This document shows positions 1 through 9,584 of a DNA stretch of 64,000 nucleotides, piece by piece. The position numbers were made by a program, and so were the translations under genes. The DNA is taken from NCBI GenBank assembly GCA_964526225.1, contig CAZGLL010000001.1:58903-122902 (forward strand), given 5' to 3'. Below the pieces are notes generated by a model. The model did no database searches. It was given only the letters and a program-made list of their open reading frames with translations, and was not told the DNA's origin. The stretch is from an uncultured Desulfurococcales archaeon (GTDB lineage: Archaea; Thermoproteota; Thermoprotei_A; EX4484-217-1). Position 1 is the stretch's first letter; each line of letters opens with the position of its first letter.

Positions 1-349
1 TTTTCAATATCATCAATACGGGATCTTGAAATATCAACTATTATTAAGCATTCCGCTGTTTCTCCTCTCTTAACAGCTGCGCATCTATTAGTTACCATGT
101 CTATTCCTAAGTCCGCAAATTTAGTAGCTACCTTAGCCAACGCACCAGGTACATCCTTCAATTCTATTTTAAGCTCTAAGAGCTCAGCTGACGGTGGAAA
201 TATTGGTGTAAGAACAATCTCTCCGGACTCTGTGTCAGCTATTAAGAGTACATACATGCCCTCAAATAACCCTAGAGATTCTCTCATTATTAAAGGAATA
301 GTTATTCTCCCCTTACTATCTATTTTAGCTACTTCCGAAAGCTTCACCA
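1..349 (-). CDS. AbrB/SpoVT-like DNA-binding domain plus ACT domain protein; N-terminal part only, the gene continues past the window start
   Basis: My translation of the reverse strand from the ATG at 347-349 gives MVKLSEVAKIDSKGRITIPLIMRESLGLFEG (swapped-hairpin AbrB/MazE-type motif), followed by an ACT-like segment LELKIELKDVPGALAKVATKFADLGIDM. There is no stop before position 1. Confidence 0.5.
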
Positions 350-443
350 TAAAACACCTAACTCACTAAGCTTTATACCTTTGATCATAACACAGCCTTA
401 CCATTAACATTTGCTAAATAATTCAGTCTTACACTTCTAATTA

Positions 444-1343
444 CTAATTATTAGCAACGAATTTAATAACGTATTCGCCTAAACCCACACCTAACGACGA
501 CGCAATTACAGAACACTTAGCTTTAAGCATAAAGACTATGTTTTTTCTTAATTTAAAATCCTTTGAGCCTAAATACTCATAATGAGCCATACCCTTAGCT
601 ATAATTAAATCCGATGAAACTAGGATATTTAATAGTTCAGATTTTATTTCATCTAAGAAAATACTAGAAGCGTCAGTTCCCGTTTCAAGCAACATAACAT
701 TATCTCCGATATTTAAAAATCCTAATTTTAAGGCTTCATTGAAAGTGATATCGTTTTGAAAAGAACCTGACTTAGCTACAACATAAATCCTCATTTTACG
801 GTATTTTTTAGCAATAAATCTTATAAGTTCTCTATCGAAAACAACTTCACCTGCGTTGTCAAGTAAGTAAACTAGTGTTTTCGTTTTATCGAGATATTTA
901 AGGAGCTTCAATTCATCGTTTATTCTGAAAACGGCTTTCTCAAGTTCTTCTAAAATGTTTTCTGCACTAAATTCGTATCCTAACACACCAAAATCTATTG
1001 AATTACCTATGGTTGCGAGTTTTAAGAGGAAAGAGAAGTTGTTTAATTTTTCCTTATCTATGTCCCTTAATATTTTCTCAGCAACTTCATTAGCTATTTT
1101 CTTCTCATTAATGTAAGGGTCATTGTCTCCAACATATTCCTTTAATTTTCTAAAGGATCTCGTAGCAATTTCGGCTATGTTCATGTCATTTGAGGCATAG
1201 TTAGCTATGTCTATAGCCAGTTTGCTTATGAATTTTACTCTATTTCTACGATCGCTGATATATTTTGAAAGCTCCCTTGCCCTAACATGTAAAATACATG
1301 GAATACATTGAGCATCTATTAATACCATGTTTTTATCTCTCAT
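444..1343 (-). CDS. DUF89 family protein (ARMT1-like metal-dependent phosphatase / damage-control family)
   Basis: About 300 aa. N-terminal LIDAQCIPC Cys motif and overall length are typical of archaeal DUF89 proteins. Confidence 0.55.
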   Translation of the reverse strand: MRDKNMVLIDAQCIPCILHVRARELSKYISDRRNRVKFISKLAIDIANYASNDMNIAEIATRSFRKLKEYVGDNDPYINEKKIANEVAEKILRDIDKEKLNNFSFLLKLATIGNSIDFGVLGYEFSAENILEELEKAVFRINDELKLLKYLDKTKTLVYLLDNAGEVVFDRELIRFIAKKYRKMRIYVVAKSGSFQNDITFNEALKLGFLNIGDNVMLLETGTDASSIFLDEIKSELLNILVSSDLIIAKGMAHYEYLGSKDFKLRKNIVFMLKAKCSVIASSLGVGLGEYVIKFVANN

Positions 1344-1362
1344 TAACCTAATGCTGTTGATT

Positions 1363-1887
1363 TCAATGTTTACTTAGCAATCTAAGAAATTCTCTCATGA
1401 AAGCCGGTAGGTCTGGAGGAAGTCTTGAAGTAACAAGGTTACCATCAACAACCACCTCTTTGTCCTCATAGAGTCCTCCGGCAGCTACTACGTCATCCCT
1501 TATTCCAATGTACGAAGTAAGTCTTCTACCTTTGACAGCATTAGCTGAAATGAGTAGTTGTGGACCATGGCAAATTGCTGCTACGGGCTTGTTTTCTTTT
1601 AGGAAACTTTTTACTATTTCAACAACTTTAGGGATTATACGTATTTTTTCCGGCGCTCTTCCTCCTGGAATTATTAATCCGACGTATTCCTCAGGTTTTA
1701 CCTCGTCAAATGTTACATCAACCTTAATTTCGTATCCATGCTTACCTTTTATATAGCCTTTATCCTTAGATGCAATATGTACTTCATAACCTTCCTCTAT
1801 AAGCCTATAGTAAGGGTAAAGTAGTTCAATGTCCTCCACATCATTATATGTTAGTATTAGAACCTTGCTCTTAGACATCAAAACCAC
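1363..1887 (-). CDS. DJ-1/PfpI family intracellular protease/deglycase
   Basis: 174 aa. Nucleophile elbow AAICHGPQLL and IIPGGRAPE motif are characteristic of PfpI. Confidence 0.8.
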   Translation of the reverse strand: MVLMSKSKVLILTYNDVEDIELLYPYYRLIEEGYEVHIASKDKGYIKGKHGYEIKVDVTFDEVKPEEYVGLIIPGGRAPEKIRIIPKVVEIVKSFLKENKPVAAICHGPQLLISANAVKGRRLTSYIGIRDDVVAAGGLYEDKEVVVDGNLVTSRLPPDLPAFMREFLRLLSKH

Positions 1888-1913
1888 CCTAAGTTATTTA
1901 CTGATACTGTAGT

Positions 1914-1976
1914 TAATCAGTATTTAGCCTGTTCTTCATCCCCCATGGGTCATTTCGTGGTCCTTTCATCAGCTCT
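1914..1976 (-). ncRNA. Candidate C/D box sRNA
   Basis: Reverse strand reads CUGAUGA (C), AGGACCACGAAA (12 nt), UGAC (D'-like), CCAUGGG, GAUGAAGA (C'), ACAGGCUAAAUA (12 nt), CUGA (D). It lies between two same-strand genes. Confidence 0.5.
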
Positions 1977-2817
1977 TCTCTAGTTTTCTAACTATTTTCT
2001 CAGCTATTTTTAAAATTTCCTTAGCGCCTTCTTCATGAGAATATACTTTTACGTACGGTTCTCCTTTATCATTAGCTTCAGCTATTTTCGAGCTTATAGG
2101 TATTCGCCCTAGCAATTCCACGTTTAGGCTTTTAGCTAGGAATTCTCCACCGCCTTTACCAAAAATGTATTCTATATGACCACATTTCGGACATTTATAG
2201 TAACTCATATTCTCAATTATGCCTAGTACCGGTAAATTGAGTTTTTTTGCGAATCCAGCTGCTCTTCTAACATCAAGTAAAGATACTTCAGATGGAACCG
2301 TAACGAGAATTATTCCTGAAGGATTAGGCATTTCCTGAGCTACACTTAAAGGCTCGTCTCCGGTTCCTGGTGGTAAGTCTACGATAAGATAGTCGAGTTC
2401 TCCCCAGTTAACCTCTCCTAGAAGTTGTCTTATTGCTGATACCTTCAAAGGACCTCTCCATATAACCGGAGTTTCATCATCTGGAAGCATAAAGTCTAGC
2501 GAAACAACTTTAATACCATCCTCTGAAACAACAGGTTCTATACCGCGCGGACTTGCTAGTAATGAAGCACCTCTTAAACCTAGTATTTTAGGTATATCAG
2601 GTCCGTGGAAATCAGCATCAAGTATTCCCACTTTCTTACCCAACATTGCTAATGCTACTGCTAAATTTGCGGCAACAAAGCTTTTACCTACGCCGCCCTT
2701 ACCGCTTCCAATAAGTATCTTATGCCTTATCTTCTTGAATCTTCTAATGATTAATTCCTTCTGTTTTTCTATAAAACCAGGCATCCTAATGTTTCTCATT
2801 CTTTGAGAAAAAACCAT
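1969..2817 (-). CDS. Mrp/NBP35 (ApbC) family Fe-S cluster carrier ATPase
   Basis: Deviant Walker A GSGKGGVGKS, C-terminal CPKCG motif, about 280 aa. Confidence 0.85.
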   Translation of the reverse strand: MVFSQRMRNIRMPGFIEKQKELIIRRFKKIRHKILIGSGKGGVGKSFVAANLAVALAMLGKKVGILDADFHGPDIPKILGLRGASLLASPRGIEPVVSEDGIKVVSLDFMLPDDETPVIWRGPLKVSAIRQLLGEVNWGELDYLIVDLPPGTGDEPLSVAQEMPNPSGIILVTVPSEVSLLDVRRAAGFAKKLNLPVLGIIENMSYYKCPKCGHIEYIFGKGGGEFLAKSLNVELLGRIPISSKIAEANDKGEPYVKVYSHEEGAKEILKIAEKIVRKLEKS

Positions 2818-2858
2818 TTGGGATTCCTCTTAACATTCTTTAACAATGTTAAAAACAA

Positions 2859-4658
2859 CTAGTATATAAATGCTATGAGAAAAGAAACTAAAAAGGAAGA
2901 AATATGTAAAACAAAGAATAAAGGAACAATAAGTCTAAGATCTTCAGCTATATTTTCAAGAAAACGGAAACCTTGATAACCTAAGGTTTTTGTTAAAATA
3001 TCTATCCTCCGAAACACTATTTTAGATTCTGTAAGCGATGACAATGCTTTTTTAACAGCTGTTATTGTTGTTTTAATAATTTCATTTCTGCAGATGCTAG
3101 CACCAACGGGAACATAGGTCTTTCCTCCTAAAGAACCCGTTTTCTCATGATTATCTGTTGTAACTATTGTTGCAAACGCAATATTCTTATGTAACTTCTT
3201 AATTTCGCTTTCAACTTCATCTTTAAAGTCTTTAGTAGCATTGTTGCCGTCATACACTACTATAATTGAAAGCTTTCCATGGTGGTCGAAAACTATAGCG
3301 TTAACGATATTAGAGCATAAATCTATACAATCGTTTAGTCTGGGATCTTCGATTTCGCTTAAACCTATTTTAAGAATGTCCTTATTCTTCGTATCTTTCC
3401 TTTGTATATTAGAAACATTATCCTTAAATATCTTTATATACGATTTACATTCTTTCTCAATGTTTCTTTCAACCTCTGGTTTAGCATTATGCGCTTCGAT
3501 TACTAGTAAATCTTCAAAACCAGCTTTTTTAGCAATATTTTCTAAGACTTCATTTAGATGCGAAGGCAAATCATCTATTCCATTTGTTAAATTGTACAGT
3601 ACTACTAAAGGCACTTTATCTAGTTCTATGAAGTACATGCAGTATTGTTTATCGCATAGTTTTTCGAAACCATAGATTGTATCGATATCTAAGATTCTAC
3701 GATGATTTTCTCTTAAAGCGTTTCGAATTTGAGAAATTACGTATTTCAAATACTTCACTGATGGAATATCTTTCTCATGGGTTGTTGCAGCATGGAATAT
3801 TAGAACCGGAATATTACCATAGATTTCCTTGAGTACCTTACGAAGCTCCGAAATAACTTTAGAACTTCCAGTATCCCTGAAAGGCCCAGCATGTATTGAT
3901 GTTAATGCTATTATCCCCCTTACCTTATCATAAAAAACATCGTATATTATGAAGAGCTTTACCCAGACGCTATCATCATCAGAAATACTCTCCAATATTT
4001 TCTCGATAGGTTTACTGTCTTCAGCAAACCATAGCCGTAAAAAGGCGTTTGATAAAGCTAATGTTAACTTGCCTGTTTTAGAATATTTTCTCAGAAGTAC
4101 AAAGTATACCTCTCCAAAAGAAGCTGAAATAAAAGGTGTTAAAATAGTAAATGACATTGTCGCAAGGGAATGTTCAAACATAGGTAATACTAAAGCGTAA
4201 TATGTGATGGGAGGCAAGATAGACTCAAACATTGCTTTTACGAAATCACATTCTGGCCTCCTCAATACATAGTGTAGAAAAGCATAACCACCATAGGTAA
4301 TTAGATAAAGCTTTTTAAAAGTAAACATCATAACCACTAGCTCAAAAACAAACACATGTAACAAAATAAAAATCAACATTACCAAAACTCTTCTCACATA
4401 ATTTTTAAATCTGAGTACACTATTTCTTAGCAGAAAAGCTGTTATAGCATTCGAGATTATTATGGGTAGAATAACTGCTATTGAAAGGGTAGTTAGTGAG
4501 AAATACTGTGTTTTAGAGATAATAATCAATATTAAAATGAATAGGTAAAGTACAATCAATGTTGAGAGTTTAGGTGATGTGAAAACAAATCTCGAGTAGT
4601 ACTTAGCCACATATTTTTCCATGTCCATTTTATCTAAAATCCTCAAACATGTTTGCAA
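2859..4658 (-). CDS. Membrane protein with a C-terminal soluble domain (possibly the archaeal DUF2070 family)
   Basis: N-terminal approx. 200 aa are highly hydrophobic multi-TM, followed by a roughly 400-aa soluble region. The length (599 aa) fits DUF2070, but the family assignment is from memory only. Confidence 0.4.
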   Translation of the reverse strand: MQTCLRILDKMDMEKYVAKYYSRFVFTSPKLSTLIVLYLFILILIIISKTQYFSLTTLSIAVILPIIISNAITAFLLRNSVLRFKNYVRRVLVMLIFILLHVFVFELVVMMFTFKKLYLITYGGYAFLHYVLRRPECDFVKAMFESILPPITYYALVLPMFEHSLATMSFTILTPFISASFGEVYFVLLRKYSKTGKLTLALSNAFLRLWFAEDSKPIEKILESISDDDSVWVKLFIIYDVFYDKVRGIIALTSIHAGPFRDTGSSKVISELRKVLKEIYGNIPVLIFHAATTHEKDIPSVKYLKYVISQIRNALRENHRRILDIDTIYGFEKLCDKQYCMYFIELDKVPLVVLYNLTNGIDDLPSHLNEVLENIAKKAGFEDLLVIEAHNAKPEVERNIEKECKSYIKIFKDNVSNIQRKDTKNKDILKIGLSEIEDPRLNDCIDLCSNIVNAIVFDHHGKLSIIVVYDGNNATKDFKDEVESEIKKLHKNIAFATIVTTDNHEKTGSLGGKTYVPVGASICRNEIIKTTITAVKKALSSLTESKIVFRRIDILTKTLGYQGFRFLENIAEDLRLIVPLFFVLHISSFLVSFLIAFIY

Positions 4659-4719
4659 AGGAAATTGTTAACTAATTATTTGCTATTTATTCTTAATCAT
4701 TTGTAAAAACTTGAATTGT

Positions 4720-5451
4720 TTAAATTTTTAAGTTTTCAGGCAGTTGCACTATTGTTTGAACAGGTATGTTTACTTCCTTTTTCCAACTATTACCTATAGC
4801 TACTAAGACTACTGCACCACTAATTATTGCTTTAACTTTCTCTACAATTCTCACCATTGTTCTAAGTGTTTTTCCTGTCCTAATAATGTCATCTATTATG
4901 AGCACTTCATCTTTACGCTTGATCATCCTTTTTGGAACATAGAACGTTACAATGTCGGCAGAAGGTCCTATGTATGATCCTTCAATGTAATCTATTACAT
5001 CTATATGTCTCGACCTTCTAGCTATAACGAGAGGAACTTGAAATGTTAAGGATATTGCAGTAGCTAGCGGTATACCATTAACTGCAGGTGCTAATACTTT
5101 CGTTACCCTTTTACCAGCAAACATCATGTAAACGTGTTGCGCAATGTACTGTAACATGTACGGATCAGATAGTATTTGCGATAAGTCAACGAAGCCTTCC
5201 CCTGTTATTTCAAGCTTTTCTAGTATAAGCTTCCTAATATCGACCATTTTGTTTAATGCATTCCATATTCTTTCGGCTTGGTCATAACTCGGTATTATTG
5301 AGCCTTTAATATATCTACATAGCACAGTTTCTGGAACACCAGTTATGGATGACAATTCCTTATATGAGAACATTCTTTTAAGCAACTTTAACCTTTCAAT
5401 TACCATGAGGCGAAATCTTAGTGCTTCATACTTATCTGCCGAAAAGCTCAT
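4720..5451 (-). CDS. HTH domain fused to a phosphoribosyltransferase domain (PyrE-like / GfcR-like regulator, COG0856-type)
   Basis: N-terminal HTH (SSITGVPETVLCRYIKG). C-terminal PRPP-binding motif VLIIDDIIRTGKTL. Confidence 0.6.
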   Translation of the reverse strand: MSFSADKYEALRFRLMVIERLKLLKRMFSYKELSSITGVPETVLCRYIKGSIIPSYDQAERIWNALNKMVDIRKLILEKLEITGEGFVDLSQILSDPYMLQYIAQHVYMMFAGKRVTKVLAPAVNGIPLATAISLTFQVPLVIARRSRHIDVIDYIEGSYIGPSADIVTFYVPKRMIKRKDEVLIIDDIIRTGKTLRTMVRIVEKVKAIISGAVVLVAIGNSWKKEVNIPVQTIVQLPENLKI

Positions 5452-5519
5452 ACTCCTTCCCTTATCTCTTAAGCTTTTTCTAATAATTTTTCAACACAAG
5501 TTTAAAAATATTTTTTAAG

Positions 5520-5580
5520 ATATCAGTAATGCGGGAAAACCATCATTTAATATCAGGTCCGAGTGCCCTCATCACCATAT
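5520..5580 (-). ncRNA. Candidate C/D box sRNA
   Basis: Reverse strand reads GUGAUGA (C), GGGCACUCGGAC (12 nt), CUGA (D'), UAUUAA, AUGAUGG (C'), UUUUCCCGCAUUA, CUGA (D). Overlaps the last approx. 8 codons of the zinc-ribbon ORF. Confidence 0.6.
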
Positions 5581-5795
5581 AATTTCTTTTCTAAACCTAC
5601 CTCTTTAGCTTTATAGTACTTAGCAAGTAAATGAGCTTCATAAGAGCTTTTAGCATAAGCTAATGTTCTTAATTCTAAAACCTTTAGACGTCTACCACAA
5701 TACGGACAAAGCTTTGTTTTTTGATTAATCTTTACTATCAAAATATTTTTACAATGCGGACATTTAACTATTCTATATTCGTAAATTGTAGACAT
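5553..5795 (-). CDS. Small zinc-ribbon protein (DUF1922-like)
   Basis: 80 aa with CPHC...CPYCG double CxxC. The 3' end overlaps a C/D sRNA candidate. Confidence 0.5.
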   Translation of the reverse strand: MSTIYEYRIVKCPHCKNILIVKINQKTKLCPYCGRRLKVLELRTLAYAKSSYEAHLLAKYYKAKEVGLEKKLYGDEGTRT

Positions 5796-5906
5796 TTTTC
5801 ACAACCTTTTATAACTCGTACTTAATACATTTTAAACTATAGGGATGGATGAAGAGGGAATTAAGTGCTGAAAAGTTGATGACAAACCCACGCGTCGACA
5901 TCCCCA

Positions 5907-7373
5907 CTAAATTCTTAACTCCCCTTTTTTAACTTTCTCTAGCATTTCTAGGACTATTTTATGAGTTAGTTCAGGATCCGCTTTACCTCTAGTTTTACGC
6001 ATAACCTGTCCTATTAGATAATGTATTGCTCTTTTATTCACTAAAGCATCACAAACAGATTTCTTATGTTCTATGAAGACCTCTAAAACAATTTTCTTGA
6101 TTACCTCTTTATCTGAAATCTTCACGAGGTCCCGTTCTGAAATTATTTCATGTGGAGACTTCCCATTAATTATTATTTCAGGAAGAATGTTCTTCAAAAT
6201 TTTAATGCTTATTACTTTATCATCAAGAAGCTTGAGTAACTCAGCTATATGTTGAGGCTTAGCTTTAATACGGTCGGGTTCGAGTTCTTTCTCATGAACC
6301 CATCTTAGAAAGTCATTTATTAATATGTTTGCTAATTTCTTTGGCTTTCTGCTATAATGTTTTAATGCTTCTTCGAAGAAATCAGCTAGCCATTTACTTG
6401 TAACTAAAACCTGTGCTTCATACTCTGTAAGACCATAGTTCTCTATAAATCTTTTAGCTCTAGCATCAGGTAATTCAGGCATTGATTCACGTATTTTTTC
6501 AATATAATCTTTAGTTATCACTATAGGTGGTATATCTGCTTCAGGGAAGTATCTGTAATCTTGCTCCTCCTCTTTAACTCTAAGAGGAACTGTAACTTTT
6601 CTTAAATCATCCCAGTGTCTTGTTTCGCTTTTAACAATTACCCCTTTGGAAATGGCCTGTTTTTGCCTTACAATCTCATAAGCTAACGCCTTTTCAACAT
6701 CCTTCGGCGATCCAATATTCTTTATTTCAACCCTACTTCCACCCGCTACTGAAATGTTAGCATCAGCTCTCATGGAACCTTCTAATTCACAATTACATAC
6801 ACCTAAATGTTCGAGAATAGATCTAAGCTTATTAAGAAAAGCTCTAGCTTCAGCTGGTGAGGACATGTCAGGCTCTGTTACTATTTCGAGCAATGCTATT
6901 CCTGATCTATTGTAATCAACGAGAGTATATGGGCTAGTGATTATTGATCCTGTAGGATAAACTAGCTTGCCAGGATCTTCCTCAATATTTATCCTTCTAA
7001 TTCTAACGATTTTTTCCTTACCATTAACATTGATTTTTAAGAATCCACCTATAGCTATAGGAGCTCCACTAGCCCTATCGTACTGCGTTATTTGGAAGTT
7101 CTTAGGTAAATCGGGGTAAAAGTAGTGTTTCCTAAAGAAGATTATTTTCTCATTAATTTTAGAGTTTAAAGCCAAAGCCACCATTATAGCATAGTCTATT
7201 GCTTTCCTATTAACAACAGGTAATGCTCCGGGCAAACCTAAACATACTGGGCATACGTGTGTATTTGGCGGTTTACCTCGATAGTCTGATGGACAAGAGC
7301 AAAAGAGCTTTGTTTTTAAAGCTGTAAGTTGTACATGGACTTCAAGTCCTATTTTAACATTTCTTTCCTCCAT
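5907..7373 (-). CDS. gatB: Asp-tRNA(Asn)/Glu-tRNA(Gln) amidotransferase subunit B
   Basis: 488 aa. N-terminus GLEVHVQL...CSCPS is typical of GatB, and the gene is adjacent to gatA and gatC. Confidence 0.9.
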   Translation of the reverse strand: MEERNVKIGLEVHVQLTALKTKLFCSCPSDYRGKPPNTHVCPVCLGLPGALPVVNRKAIDYAIMVALALNSKINEKIIFFRKHYFYPDLPKNFQITQYDRASGAPIAIGGFLKINVNGKEKIVRIRRINIEEDPGKLVYPTGSIITSPYTLVDYNRSGIALLEIVTEPDMSSPAEARAFLNKLRSILEHLGVCNCELEGSMRADANISVAGGSRVEIKNIGSPKDVEKALAYEIVRQKQAISKGVIVKSETRHWDDLRKVTVPLRVKEEEQDYRYFPEADIPPIVITKDYIEKIRESMPELPDARAKRFIENYGLTEYEAQVLVTSKWLADFFEEALKHYSRKPKKLANILINDFLRWVHEKELEPDRIKAKPQHIAELLKLLDDKVISIKILKNILPEIIINGKSPHEIISERDLVKISDKEVIKKIVLEVFIEHKKSVCDALVNKRAIHYLIGQVMRKTRGKADPELTHKIVLEMLEKVKKGELRI

Positions 7374-7384
7374 TAGTACCTCAC

Positions 7385-8878
7385 CTAAACTTCGGCTATA
7401 AGATTCTTTAAGCCCGTGAGTTCTTCTATAAAAGCGGCCATTGCCAAAAGTAGGTCTTCCTTTAAATAATTGGCCATTAATTGAATACCTACAGGTAATT
7501 TTTCCTTAGCAAATCCAGCAGGTATCGAAATAGCTGGTATTCCTACAATGTTTGCCGTAACCGTCTCTATATCGCTCATATACATCGCTAAGGGGTCAGC
7601 TATTTTCTCACCTAATTTAAACGGCGGTGTAGGCATTGTTGGAGAAATAAGAATAGAGTATTTTTCAAATGCTTTTTTGAATTCCTTAATAATTAGTGTT
7701 CTAACCTTTAACGCTTTAAAGTAGTATTGGTCAAAGTATCCTGCACTTAACGTAAAAGTTCCCATTATTATTCTTCTTTTCACCTCCTTTCCAAAACCGT
7801 TACCCCTAGTTTCTGAAAAAACTTCATTCCAATCACCATGTACATTAGCTCTGAAACCATATCTTACACCATCATAGCGAGCTAGGTTAGAGCTTGCTTC
7901 CGACATTGCTATTATGTAATAGGTTGGAAGTGCATATTTAATTACAGGTATTGATATTTCATCAACAATAAATCCCTCGTCAACCAATTTGTTTACTACA
8001 TTTCCGACAATGGTTACTACTTCTCTGCTTACACCTTCTTCAAACATTTCCCTAACTACAGCGATCTTTACTCTTCTATGTAAATTGTTAAACTTAGAAA
8101 TAGACTCTAAATAATCTGGTCTCTTAACCTTAAGCGACGTTCCATCATATGGATCATACTTAGAAATAACATTTAAAAGTAAAGCAACATCTCTTACCGT
8201 CCTCCCCATAGGACCTATTTGCTCTAAACTATTAGCATAAGCTATTAGCCCATATCTACTTACTAATCCATAGGTAGGCTTTAAACCGACAGTTGCGGTA
8301 AAGCTTGCCGGAGCTCTAACAGAACCTCCAGTGTCTGAACCCAGTGCTAACGGAGCCTCACCTGAAGCTAAAGCCGCAGCACTACCTCCAGAGGACCCTC
8401 CTGGTACTCTTTCTAAATCCCAAGGGTTCCTTGTTGGGCCGAAAAAGCTTGTTTCAGTAGATGAGCCCATAGCAAATTCATCCATGTTTGTTTTGCCTAG
8501 AATTATTGCTCCTTCTTCTTTCAACAGCTTAACAACTGTTGCGTCATAGGGTGGTATGTAGTTGTACAGTATTTTAGAACCACACGTTGTCCTAAGATTT
8601 TTTGTTGAAATATTATCCTTAATAGCGATAGGTAATCCTAAGAGGCGCCCTCTAGCTTTTCCTTCCTTTAATAAGCGATCTTTAATTTTGGCTTCTTGTA
8701 AAAGCTCATCCTTACTTCTTAATGTTATGAAAGCATTGATCTTCTTTTCAACTCTCTCTACTCTCTCTAAGAAATCCTCAATAACATCTGTAATGCTTAA
8801 ATTACCTTCCCTAATATTGCGAATAATTTCTAATGCTTCAAGCCTATATGCTTTAACGCTCAAAGCTACATTCCTCAA
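7385..8878 (-). CDS. gatA: Asp-tRNA(Asn)/Glu-tRNA(Gln) amidotransferase subunit A (amidase signature family)
   Basis: Amidase signature GGSSGGSAAALA. 497 aa. Operon with gatC and gatB. Confidence 0.9.
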   Translation of the reverse strand: MRNVALSVKAYRLEALEIIRNIREGNLSITDVIEDFLERVERVEKKINAFITLRSKDELLQEAKIKDRLLKEGKARGRLLGLPIAIKDNISTKNLRTTCGSKILYNYIPPYDATVVKLLKEEGAIILGKTNMDEFAMGSSTETSFFGPTRNPWDLERVPGGSSGGSAAALASGEAPLALGSDTGGSVRAPASFTATVGLKPTYGLVSRYGLIAYANSLEQIGPMGRTVRDVALLLNVISKYDPYDGTSLKVKRPDYLESISKFNNLHRRVKIAVVREMFEEGVSREVVTIVGNVVNKLVDEGFIVDEISIPVIKYALPTYYIIAMSEASSNLARYDGVRYGFRANVHGDWNEVFSETRGNGFGKEVKRRIIMGTFTLSAGYFDQYYFKALKVRTLIIKEFKKAFEKYSILISPTMPTPPFKLGEKIADPLAMYMSDIETVTANIVGIPAISIPAGFAKEKLPVGIQLMANYLKEDLLLAMAAFIEELTGLKNLIAEV

Positions 8879-9183
8879 AGTATCTTTGGTGCTTTAAAGT
8901 AACCGTTTTCCTTTTCAGGAGCATTGTATAACACTTCAGCTTGAGGTAAAGGCTTTTGTGGCACATCATCCCTAAGAACATTTGTTAAAAGAGCAGTATG
9001 TGTTGTAGGTTCAATTCCTTCAACATTAACCTTATCTATTTCATCAAAAAATTCGAGAACCCTATTTAGATCTCTTAGAAACTCCTTTTTTTCATTCTCT
9101 GTAAGCTTAATCCTAGCAAGCCAAGCCAAATGATCTATAAGTTCCTCAGTAATCACTATTTTCCTTCGCATACATTTAAACAC
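8875..9183 (-). CDS. gatC: Asp/Glu-tRNA amidotransferase subunit C
   Basis: 102 aa, 4-bp overlap with gatA, position and size typical of gatC. Confidence 0.7.
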   Translation of the reverse strand: MFKCMRRKIVITEELIDHLAWLARIKLTENEKKEFLRDLNRVLEFFDEIDKVNVEGIEPTTHTALLTNVLRDDVPQKPLPQAEVLYNAPEKENGYFKAPKIL

Positions 9184-9584
9184 CTACTACTAAAGTACTA
9201 TACTTAATCATTCTCCTATCATAAACTACAACTATAAAACTTTATTTCAAACATGGCATTTTCTTATTCCAAACTATTCCAATGATTCACCAATTCATTG
9301 TAAATATTTTTCAAAATTTTCAAAAGCAACAATATTATTTCAGGAACCTTATAACTATGTAGCTTTCTTACTTCGTTTGTTAGTTTCTTTAATTTTTAGT
9401 TGCAATAGTCTTAACGATCAATATCATTTATCATGTTTCTTTAACTCTACCTTTCCACAAGCATATCGAAAAGTTATCGTCAATAATGTTCAACACGTAT
9501 TACAAGTTCCTTTTCACAATTCTTTCTAACTACATTTTAGAGAAGAGAACATGTTTAAAACTACCATGCACACATCATCATTAC

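Noticed and set aside
97-369. 90-aa + strand ORF at the window start
   Set aside because: Low-complexity, Ser-rich translation. The opposite strand translates cleanly to an AbrB/SpoVT-ACT protein, so the + ORF is an antisense artefact.
3241-4200. Several 60-144 aa ORFs on the strand opposite to annotated genes (e.g. 3241..3675, 3949..4200, 19446..19724, 19841..20215, 26299..26496, 52448..52678, 59229..59696)
   Set aside because: All lie entirely inside longer, motif-supported genes on the other strand and have low-complexity, Ser/Leu-rich translations typical of antisense ORFs in AT-rich DNA.
9184-9584. Replication origin in the long AT-rich spacer
   Set aside because: There are no ORB-like dyads (TCCAGTGGAAAC-type) and no cdc6/orc1 gene nearby. 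Only AT-richness supports it.
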